A DNA stretch of 11,606 nt from Vulcanimicrobiota bacterium (GTDB lineage: Bacteria > Vulcanimicrobiota > Vulcanimicrobiia > Vulcanimicrobiales > Vulcanimicrobiaceae), in NCBI GenBank assembly GCA_003133025.1, contig PKZK01000173.1, positions 1 to 11,606 on the forward strand, written 5' to 3'. Below, one piece after another: positions 1 to 6,435 of this stretch (within the stretch, counting starts at the first letter, position 1; the number at the start of each line of letters is the position of its first letter). A program made the translations under genes and the position numbers. Under the pieces are notes generated by a model. The model saw nothing but the letters and a program-made list of their open reading frames with translations, was not told where the DNA came from and made no database searches.

Positions 1-167
1 GAACGGCCGGCGTGGGGGGCATGCTCGTCTCGACCGCGCTGAACCTGGTCGTCGTCCCGGCGATGTACGTGATCGTCGACGATTTCGGGGCGTGGCTGCG
101 CAAGCTCTTCGGCGGCCTGGCGCCCCGGCCGGCCCCGGCCGAGTCCCGCTCGTCACCGGGCGCTTGA
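1..167 (+). CDS. C-terminal end (5'-truncated by window edge) of an RND-family efflux transporter permease (AcrB/HAE1-like)
   Basis: Not in the ORF track. The frame from position 3 reads TAGVGGMLVSTALNLVVVPAMYVIVDDFGAWLRKLFGGLAPRPAPAESRSSPGA* (TGA 165-167). 'GGMLVSTALNLVVVPAMYV' matches the characteristic last TM helix (GGMxxSTxLxLxxVPxxY) of AcrB-type RND pumps. Confidence 0.85.
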   Translation, partial: TAGVGGMLVSTALNLVVVPAMYVIVDDFGAWLRKLFGGLAPRPAPAESRSSPGA

Positions 168-192
168 CGCGAGCGGCCGGACGCGCTATGAC
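146..192 (+). promoter_or_regulatory. Putative promoter of the sensor kinase/response regulator operon: LytTR box (146-156), -35 TTGACG (164-169), 17-bp spacer, -10 TATGAC (187-192)
   Basis: CCCGCTCGTCACC at 145-157 is identical to 2070-2082. It has the same 7-nt gap to a TTG-starting hexamer as the downstream promoter, and a 17-bp spacer. The -10 lacks the final T. A degenerate (7/11) upstream half-site lies at 125-135. Confidence 0.5.
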
Positions 193-203
193 GACGGGAG
201 CCG

Positions 204-1295
204 ATGACCTCACGCCGCCGCCTCCTCCCGCTCCTGATCTTTCTGCTGTTCACGGCAATCGGACTGCTGCTGTTCAGCTATCGCTACCTCGACGATCTCG
301 CCGGCCACCGGTACGGAACGCTGGTCCAACGCTTCATCGAGGAGATGACCGGCGTCTACGCCGCGCTGCCCATCGTGCCCATCGCGCGCTATGTGGGGCG
401 GCGCTTCTCCTGGTGCCGCGCGACGTGGCCCACCGCGCTGGCGGCGAATCTCGCGGCGCTCGTGGTCTATTCCGCGTTGCACACCACGCTGATGGCCCTC
501 TCGCGGGCCCTCATCTTTCCGCTGGCCGGGCTTGGCGCCTACGATTACGGCGACATGGTCCTGCGCTATCCGATGGAGGCCTCCAACGACGCCGTCTTCT
601 ACGCGATCGCGGCGGGGTTCGTCTTCTTCATCCGGCGCGAGGCACGCGCGCGCCGCGCTGAATTAGAGGCGGTCGAATTGCGCGGACGGCTCGCGCAGGC
701 GACGCTCGAAAACCTGCGGCTGCAGTTGCATCCGCACTTCCTCTTCAACGCGCTCAACGCGATCTCGGCGGTGATGTACGAGGACGTCGGCCGCGCCGAC
801 GCGATGCTCGCCAAGCTCAGCGAATTCTTGCGTACGGTGCTGGCTTCGAGCGACGTGCAGCAGGTCTCCATCGGCGACGAGATCGACGTCGAACGCATGT
901 ACCTCGACGTGATGCGCGCGCGTCTCGAACGCGGCTTGCGCTTCGACGTGCGCGTCGCGCGGGGCGCCGAGGCCGCCTCCGTGCCGTTTCTGGTTTTGCA
1001 ACCGCTCCTGGAAAACGCGATCCGGCACGGCATGGCGGGCGAACGCGAGGCCATTGCGATCGAGGTCGACGTTGCGCGTGAGGGCGCGCAGACCGTCATC
1101 TCGGTCGCCGACGACGGCGTCGGGCCGCCGCCGGCGGGCGTGCGTCGCGGACGCGGCCTGGCCAACGTCGAGTCGCGCTTGCGCGTGCTTTTCGGTGAAG
1201 GCGCGACCTCGTGCGCGCTCGAGGCGCGAGCGGCCGGCGGCTCGCAGGTTACGCTCCGCTTCCCGTTCACGACCGCCGGCGCGGGAACGTCCTGA
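204..1295 (+). CDS. LytS/YehU-type membrane sensor histidine kinase (His_kinase + HATPase_c), 363 aa
   Basis: N-terminal hydrophobic TM segments; LytS-family H-box LRLQLHPHFLFNALNAIS; 'LAKLSEFLRTVL'; N-box LQPLLENAIRHG; G1 'VADDGVG'; G2 'GRGLANVESRL'. Confidence 0.93.
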   Translation: MTSRRRLLPLLIFLLFTAIGLLLFSYRYLDDLAGHRYGTLVQRFIEEMTGVYAALPIVPIARYVGRRFSWCRATWPTALAANLAALVVYSALHTTLMALSRALIFPLAGLGAYDYGDMVLRYPMEASNDAVFYAIAAGFVFFIRREARARRAELEAVELRGRLAQATLENLRLQLHPHFLFNALNAISAVMYEDVGRADAMLAKLSEFLRTVLASSDVQQVSIGDEIDVERMYLDVMRARLERGLRFDVRVARGAEAASVPFLVLQPLLENAIRHGMAGEREAIAIEVDVAREGAQTVISVADDGVGPPPAGVRRGRGLANVESRLRVLFGEGATSCALEARAAGGSQVTLRFPFTTAGAGTS

Positions 1296-2041
1296 TGCGC
1301 GTGGTGTTGGCCGACGACGAAGCGCCGGCGCGGCGCAAACTCGCACGGCTTCTCCGCGAACACGGCGACGTCGAACTGGTCGGCGAAGCTGCCAACGGCG
1401 CGGAAGCGGTGCGCCTGATTACCGCGGAGCGTCCCGACCTCGTGTTCCTCGACATCCAGATGCCCGAACTCGACGGCGTCGCGGTGGCCGAGGCGCTCGG
1501 CGCCGGCAGCCCGCCGCGTATCGTCTTCGTCACCGCTTTCGACCGCCACGCGGTGCGCGCGTTCGAACTCGGCGCGCTGGATTACTTGCTCAAACCCTAC
1601 GATAAGGAGCGCTTCGAAAGCGCGCTGGCCCGCGCCCGCACGGCGCTGGGGGCGCCCGGCGCCGCGCCCGGCGAACTGGCCGAGTTGCTCGCGCGCCTGC
1701 GCGCCGGCGAACGCTATCCCAAGCGTTTGCTGATCCCCCACGACGGACGTTCGTTTTATTTGCCCGTGCGCGACATCGTGCGCCTCGAGGCCGACGGCAA
1801 CGACATCGTCGTGCACGCGCGCGCCGGCCGCTACGCCGTGCGGGGCACGCTCGAATCGTTCCAGGAGCGCCTCGATCCCGCGCAATTCGCGCGCGTGCAC
1901 CGTTCGCACGTGGTCAACATCGACGAGATCGCCGAAGTCCATCCGTGGTTCCACGGCGATCGGAAACTCTTGCTTCGCGACGGCGCCGAGATCCCGTGGA
2001 GCCGGCGCTACGCGGCCAAACGTCCCGATCTCTCGCGCTGA
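1295..2041 (+). CDS. LytTR-family DNA-binding response regulator, 248 aa (start corrected to ATG 1295)
   Basis: Receiver domain MRVVLADDEAPAR...DLVFLDIQMP...FVTAFD...ALDYLLKP; LytTR domain 'FARVHRSHVVNIDEI...SRRY'. The ATG overlaps the kinase stop (TGATG, 1293-1297), implying translational coupling. Confidence 0.95.
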   Translation: MRVVLADDEAPARRKLARLLREHGDVELVGEAANGAEAVRLITAERPDLVFLDIQMPELDGVAVAEALGAGSPPRIVFVTAFDRHAVRAFELGALDYLLKPYDKERFESALARARTALGAPGAAPGELAELLARLRAGERYPKRLLIPHDGRSFYLPVRDIVRLEADGNDIVVHARAGRYAVRGTLESFQERLDPAQFARVHRSHVVNIDEIAEVHPWFHGDRKLLLRDGAEIPWSRRYAAKRPDLSR

Positions 2042-2049
2042 ACTTCCGG

Positions 2050-2081
2050 CCGCTCGTCACGGCACGCCGCCCGCTCGTCAC
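2050..2081 (+). promoter_or_regulatory. LytTR-type operator: perfect 11-bp direct repeat CCGCTCGTCAC (2050-2060, 2071-2081), 21-bp period
   Basis: The repeat is seen directly in the sequence. A period of two helical turns is typical of LytTR operators. The core differs by one base from the AlgR consensus CCGTTCGTC. It lies immediately after the LytTR gene. Confidence 0.85.
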
Positions 2082-2088
2082 CAAAGCG

Positions 2089-2124
2089 TTGCCCCTCTCC
2101 GGCTGGGAGCGTAGGCTGCGAATA
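2089..2124 (+). promoter_or_regulatory. Putative sigma70-type promoter with a probably leaderless transcript: -35 TTGCCC (2089-2094), 17 bp, -10 TAGGCT (2112-2117), start at or near the ATG at 2124
   Basis: TAnnnT -10 element, 17-bp spacer, ATG 6 nt after the -10, and no Shine-Dalgarno at normal spacing before the ATG. Confidence 0.6.
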
Positions 2125-3659
2125 TGCTCGAACCGCACGAATCAGCGACGCCCGCAGTGCTCCGTACGGCGACCGTCGCGGCGGCGGCGATCGCCCTGTT
2201 CCACCTCATCGCCAACCCGCACTACGGCTTCTTCCGCGACGAACTCTACTTCATCATCTGCGGCTTCCATCCGCAGTTCGGTTACGTCGATCAGCCCCCG
2301 CTCGTGCCGTTGCTCGCCGCGGGGTCGCAGCTCTTCGGACACTCGCTCTGGCTCTTGCGCGCGGTGCCGGCGATTCTGGGCGGACTCGCCGCGGGCGTCG
2401 CCGTGCTGCTCGCCGCCGAACTCGGCGGCAAGCGTTTTGCACAGATCATGACCGCGCTGACCGTGGCCTTAACGCCCGTCTTGCTCTCGTTCGCCGGGAA
2501 GGTGGGCACCGACGAACTCAATCCGCTCTTGTGGACGCTGGCCGCCTACGCGATCCTGCGCGTGCTCGACGGGCACGACGCGCGCTGGTCGCTCGTGGCG
2601 GGTGCGGCGCTCGGCGCCGCGTTCGAAGCGAAGTACAGCGTGATCTTCTTTGGGGCCGCGCTGCTCGGCGGTTTGCTGCTCACGCCCGAGCGGCGCATCT
2701 TCACCTCGCGCTGGTTTTGGGCGGGCGCGCTGCTGGCCGTCGCGATCGCGCTGCCCAACGCGCTGTGGCAAGCGCTGCACGGCCTGCCGATGCTCGAACT
2801 CCTCGAAGCCGGGCAACACGGCAAGAACGTGATCGTGGGGCCGCTGGCCTATCTCGTGCAAGAAGTTCTGATCACCGGCATCTTCATCGCGCCGGTGTGG
2901 ATGATCGGCGTGGTGCGCTTGGCGCTGGTGCCGCGCTCGCGCTTTCTGGCCTGGACGTTCGCGTTCTTGATCGCCGAGATGATCGTGCTGCACGGCAAAC
3001 ATTACTACCCGGCGGCCGTGTACCAGATTCCGCTTGCGGCCGGCTCCGTCGCGCTCGAAGTGTGGACCGCACGGCTCCGTTGGGCACGGCCCGTGGTGGC
3101 CTTCGGCGTCGCGCTGGGCGGTGCGATCTTCGTGCCCTTTGCGCTGCCCGTGTTGCCCGAGCACGCCTTCCTGGGCTACGAAGCTCGCGTCGAAAGCGCC
3201 CTCGGCATCACCCGGGCAAATCTCGCCACCGAGCACAACCAAGGTGAGCCCGCATTGCCCCCGGATTGGGCCGACATGCACGGCTGGCCCGAACTCGCGG
3301 CGACGGTAGAACGCATCGTCGCGGGCCTCCCGCCCGAAGAACGGGCTCGGGCCGTGATCTTCACCTCGAACTACGGCGAAGCCAGCGCCTTGGAATTCTT
3401 CGGGCACGACCTGCCCCCGGTGGCGAGCGGCCACAACCAATTCTGGCTCTGGGGCGTCCAAAATCGTAGCGGGGACGTAGTCATCGACGTCAACGGCGAC
3501 TGCGGCCGACGCCAAAAGCTCTTCGCGCACGCCGCTGTGGCCGCCGTCTCGAACCCCGCCTACGCGATGACCTACGAACAAAACGTTCCGATCATGGTCT
3601 GCCGGGGCATTCGCGTTCCTCTCGCCCGCCTCTGGCCCTCACTGAAGCACTACGAATGA
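2124..3659 (+). CDS. GT-C fold integral membrane glycosyltransferase (family 39 / ArnT / PMT_2-like), 511 aa
   Basis: Motif YGFFRDELYF...GYVDQPPL after TM1 (DE acidic pair in the first extracytoplasmic loop); many TM helices; 'AKYS', 'LPNALWQ', 'GKHYY'; C-terminal soluble domain with 'NYGEASA...SGHNQFWLWG'. Donor and acceptor cannot be determined from sequence. Confidence 0.85.
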   Translation: MLEPHESATPAVLRTATVAAAAIALFHLIANPHYGFFRDELYFIICGFHPQFGYVDQPPLVPLLAAGSQLFGHSLWLLRAVPAILGGLAAGVAVLLAAELGGKRFAQIMTALTVALTPVLLSFAGKVGTDELNPLLWTLAAYAILRVLDGHDARWSLVAGAALGAAFEAKYSVIFFGAALLGGLLLTPERRIFTSRWFWAGALLAVAIALPNALWQALHGLPMLELLEAGQHGKNVIVGPLAYLVQEVLITGIFIAPVWMIGVVRLALVPRSRFLAWTFAFLIAEMIVLHGKHYYPAAVYQIPLAAGSVALEVWTARLRWARPVVAFGVALGGAIFVPFALPVLPEHAFLGYEARVESALGITRANLATEHNQGEPALPPDWADMHGWPELAATVERIVAGLPPEERARAVIFTSNYGEASALEFFGHDLPPVASGHNQFWLWGVQNRSGDVVIDVNGDCGRRQKLFAHAAVAAVSNPAYAMTYEQNVPIMVCRGIRVPLARLWPSLKHYE

Positions 3660-3682
3660 GCCCCGTCGTCAAGGAGCCCACG

Positions 3683-4789
3683 ATGACCGCCTCGACCGCA
3701 ACCCGCCTCCTCTCGGCAGGCGCGCTCGGCGCCGCTCTCGCCGGCTGCTCGGGCGCCGCTCAACTCGCGCCTGCCGGCGGCCTCGGCGCGCAATCCGTCG
3801 CCCGCAAGCCGGCGACGCAATCGGCGCGGCAGCCGGCGGCCGGCGACCTCTTCGCCAGCGCCGGCGCGGTTGCGTTTGCGTCGCGGCAATTGCGCCTGCC
3901 CGGCGAATCCACCGGATTCGAGAGCACTGGGCCGAAAGCATCGACGGGCGATTCGATCCTGTTCATCAGCGCCAGCATGAGCGGCAGCGTGTACGCTTAC
4001 GACCTCAGGGAGCAACAGCAGATCTGGGGGTGCAGCCATTGCGGCGGTTACGGCCTCGCGACGGATCCGCTCGACGGCAACGTCGCGGTCGCAACGTACG
4101 AAGATTATTCGACGCCGATCGTCCAGGTCTACACGGTCAACACGCAACACGTGGGCTTGACGGGCACCTTCACGATCAACAATAACGATGCGCAATACGC
4201 GCTCGGACTCGCCTTCGACGCGAAGGGCAACCTCTATGCGAGCGTAACGCCGAGCAATCAGATCGTCGAATTCTACGCGTCGACGATCGCCTCGCGCACG
4301 GGAAATCCCGATCGAACCTACACTCTGCCCGATCTCGCCCAGGCCGACTACATTGCGACCGACGGGGACAAGGTCGTCGTCGACGGCGTTAGCAAGAACA
4401 ACGATTTCATAGCAGTCGAGTTGACGCGCAAGGGCGACAAAGTGCTCAACGATTACGGCTCGCTGACCCAAAAGACCGGTTTCCCCGGCGGCATCGCGAT
4501 CGACGCCAAGCACAACCTGACGGTGAACAATCAATACGGCACCCTCGCGACGTACGCGGCGCCGTGGACCGGCAAACCGACGGCGACCTTGAACTGGAAT
4601 CCGGCCCAAAACGACTACACCGGCATCGCGCTCGACCCGACGCAGACCGCGCTCTACGCGTCTGATTTCAGCAGCGAGTACGACGGCATCGGGATCGGCA
4701 ACACGTACCCGCTCAAGTCGGTGACCGGCTTGGTGACCTATCCCATGGCCGAGATCTTCTTGGGCATCACCGTCACCCGCTCGAACTAA
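3683..4789 (+). CDS. Lipoprotein with NHL-like (probably 6-bladed) beta-propeller, 368 aa; function unknown
   Basis: SD AAGGAG (3671-3676) lies 6 nt before ATG 3683; an alternative ATG at 3656 overlaps the upstream stop. Signal peptide with lipobox LAGC; Ala/Pro/Ser/Thr-rich linker; repeats GLATDPLDGNVAV, GLAFDAKGNLYAS, YIATDGDKVVV, GIAIDAKHNLTV, GIALDPTQTALYAS and a closing strand GITVT. Confidence 0.8.
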   Translation: MTASTATRLLSAGALGAALAGCSGAAQLAPAGGLGAQSVARKPATQSARQPAAGDLFASAGAVAFASRQLRLPGESTGFESTGPKASTGDSILFISASMSGSVYAYDLREQQQIWGCSHCGGYGLATDPLDGNVAVATYEDYSTPIVQVYTVNTQHVGLTGTFTINNNDAQYALGLAFDAKGNLYASVTPSNQIVEFYASTIASRTGNPDRTYTLPDLAQADYIATDGDKVVVDGVSKNNDFIAVELTRKGDKVLNDYGSLTQKTGFPGGIAIDAKHNLTVNNQYGTLATYAAPWTGKPTATLNWNPAQNDYTGIALDPTQTALYASDFSSEYDGIGIGNTYPLKSVTGLVTYPMAEIFLGITVTRSN

Positions 4790-4856
4790 CCAACCCGGCC
4801 CCGCGCCGCCTACTCTCGGCCGCTTCAAATTCCGCGGTCGCGGGTACGTGCGGCGC

Positions 4857-5471
4857 ATGCCCGATCTCTCCCGCGGTACCTTCCTCGTGCGCTCCGGCTT
4901 GCCGCTAGCCGCCTCCGTGCTGCCCACGCCGGGCGCCGCCGCGCCCGCCCAAACTGAGCAAGCGCTTCCAGTACGTGCGCATTCCGGCCCCGGCACGACG
5001 CGCGTCTCGCTGGATGTCAACGGCACCAAGCGCACGCTCGACATCGAGCCGCGGGTCACGTTGCTCGATGCGTTGCGCGAACGCCTGAATCTCACCGGCA
5101 CCAAGAAGGGTTGCGACCAGGGCACCTGCGGCGCGTGCACCGTGCTGGTCAACGGCCGGCGCATCGTCTCGTGCCTGACGCTTGCGATCATGCATCAGAA
5201 CGATGCGATCACCACGATCGAAGGCTTGGGCACGCCGGAGCATCTGCACCCGATGCAGGCGGCCTTTCTCGAGCACGACGGCTTCCAGTGCGGCTACTGC
5301 ACGCCGGGCCAGATCGTCTCGGCCGTCGGCCACCTCAACGAGGACCGGCCGACCGACGATGCGACGGTGCGCGAATTCATGAGCGGCAATATCTGCCGCT
5401 GCGGCGCCTATCCCAACATCGTCGCGGCCATCCAAGATGCCGCCAAGGCGGGCGCCCGTGCATCCATTTAG
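4857..5471 (+). CDS. paoA: 2x[2Fe-2S] small subunit of a PaoABC/YagTSR-type aldehyde oxidoreductase (xanthine oxidase family), 204 aa, with Tat-like leader
   Basis: TLLDALRE, TGTKKGCDQGTCGACTVL...SCL, QCGYCTPGQI, MSGNICRCGAY motifs. N-terminal SRGTFL followed by a hydrophobic/Ala-Pro stretch. Alternative GTG start at 4848. Confidence 0.92.
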   Translation: MPDLSRGTFLVRSGLPLAASVLPTPGAAAPAQTEQALPVRAHSGPGTTRVSLDVNGTKRTLDIEPRVTLLDALRERLNLTGTKKGCDQGTCGACTVLVNGRRIVSCLTLAIMHQNDAITTIEGLGTPEHLHPMQAAFLEHDGFQCGYCTPGQIVSAVGHLNEDRPTDDATVREFMSGNICRCGAYPNIVAAIQDAAKAGARASI

Positions 5472-6435
5472 TTATACGCGCGTCAGCGACGCGAACGCAG
5501 CCACTGCGCGCGTGGCCGGGCACGCCGGCGCGCGCTTCATCGCGGGCGGAACGAATCTCATCGACCTGATGAAGGACGACGTGGAACAGCCCGCACTCCT
5601 CGTCGACATCAACGCCCTGCCCTACGGCTCGATCGAGCAGACTCCGGCATCGCTCCAGATCGGCGCCCTCGCGCGCATGAGCGACGTGGCCGATCACGCG
5701 GCGGTCAAGAGCGCCGCGCCCGCAGTTTCCGAAGCGCTCTTGCTGAGCGCATCGGCGCAGTTGCGCAATGCCGCCAGCATCGGCGGCAACCTGATGCAGC
5801 GCACGCGTTGCGCCTATTTTCGCGACGTCGCGAACGCCTGCAACAAGCGGGCTCCCGGCGACGGTTGCGCGGCGCTCGGCGGCGTCAACCGGCTCCACGC
5901 CGTGCTCGGCGGCAGCAGCCACTGCATCTGCACGCACGCCTCGGACCTCGCCGTTGCGCTCGTCGCGCTCGACGCCGTCGTGCGCACGCACGGGCCACAG
6001 GGTGAGCGCCGGATCGCGCTGGCCGACTTCTATCGCCTGCCGGGCGCGACACCGCAACGCGAAACGGCGCTCGCGCCCGGCGAATTGATCGTACGCGTCG
6101 ACGTGCCGCGTGCAAATGCCGCGGTCAACTCGCACTATCTCAAGGTGCGCGACCGCGCCTCGTACGAATTCGCGCTCGTCTCGGTCGCCGCCGGACTCGA
6201 CGTTGCCGGCGGCATCGTGCGCGATGCGCGGCTCGCGCTCGGCGGCGTCGCGCCGATTCCTTGGCGGGCGCGCAAGGCGGAGCGGTCGCTGATCGGCTCG
6301 CCGCCCAGCCAGGCCGCCTTCGCGCGGGCGGCGCGCATCGCGCTCGACGGCGCGCGCGGCCGCGGCGAAAACGACTTCAAGATCGCACTCGCGCAGCGCA
6401 CCGTCGTGCGTGCGCTCGAACAGGTATCCGCGTGA
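5458..6435 (+). CDS. paoB: FAD-binding subunit of PaoABC/YagTSR-type oxidoreductase with [4Fe-4S] insertion, 325 aa (start corrected to GTG 5458)
   Basis: MHPFSY start; FIAGGTNLIDLMK; SAQLRNAASIGGNLMQRTRC; C-x9-C-x8-C-x18-C; YLKVRDRASYEFALVSVAA; ALGGVAPIPWR; NDFKI. Overlaps the end of paoA. Confidence 0.93.
   Translation: MHPFSYTRVSDANAATARVAGHAGARFIAGGTNLIDLMKDDVEQPALLVDINALPYGSIEQTPASLQIGALARMSDVADHAAVKSAAPAVSEALLLSASAQLRNAASIGGNLMQRTRCAYFRDVANACNKRAPGDGCAALGGVNRLHAVLGGSSHCICTHASDLAVALVALDAVVRTHGPQGERRIALADFYRLPGATPQRETALAPGELIVRVDVPRANAAVNSHYLKVRDRASYEFALVSVAAGLDVAGGIVRDARLALGGVAPIPWRARKAERSLIGSPPSQAAFARAARIALDGARGRGENDFKIALAQRTVVRALEQVSA

Noticed and set aside
122..140. GCCCCGGCC twice with a 10-bp period
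   Set aside because: Pure-GC low-complexity sequence encoding the Pro/Ala tail of the RND protein; not informative as a repeat by itself.
92..661. 189-aa + strand ORF
   Set aside because: Out-of-frame overlap with both the RND tail and the kinase; low-complexity Pro/Arg-rich translation.
1211..1294. ORF-track N-terminal extensions of the regulator (1211), paoB (5437) and paoC (6261)
   Set aside because: Family-typical N-termini and stop/start overlaps point to starts at 1295, 5458 and 6432.
599..1954. Long - strand ORF (451 aa) and other long antisense or alternate-frame ORFs (2469-3581, 3650-5191, 6597-8030, 9686-11050, 10264-11316)
   Set aside because: They overlap genes with clear family motifs, have Arg/Ala-rich composition with no recognisable motif, and are expected shadow ORFs in high-GC DNA.
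2050..2081. Direct repeat considered as a mini-CRISPR or target-site duplication
   Set aside because: Only two 11-bp units with a 10-bp spacer, no cas or transposase gene; better explained as a LytTR operator.
2298..2306. Partial operator-like match CCGCTCGTG inside the glycosyltransferase gene
   Set aside because: It encodes the conserved PPLV motif and has no partner repeat or promoter geometry.
4031..4045. Possible c-type heme-binding motif in the lipoprotein
   Set aside because: The sequence is CSHCG, not CxxCH.
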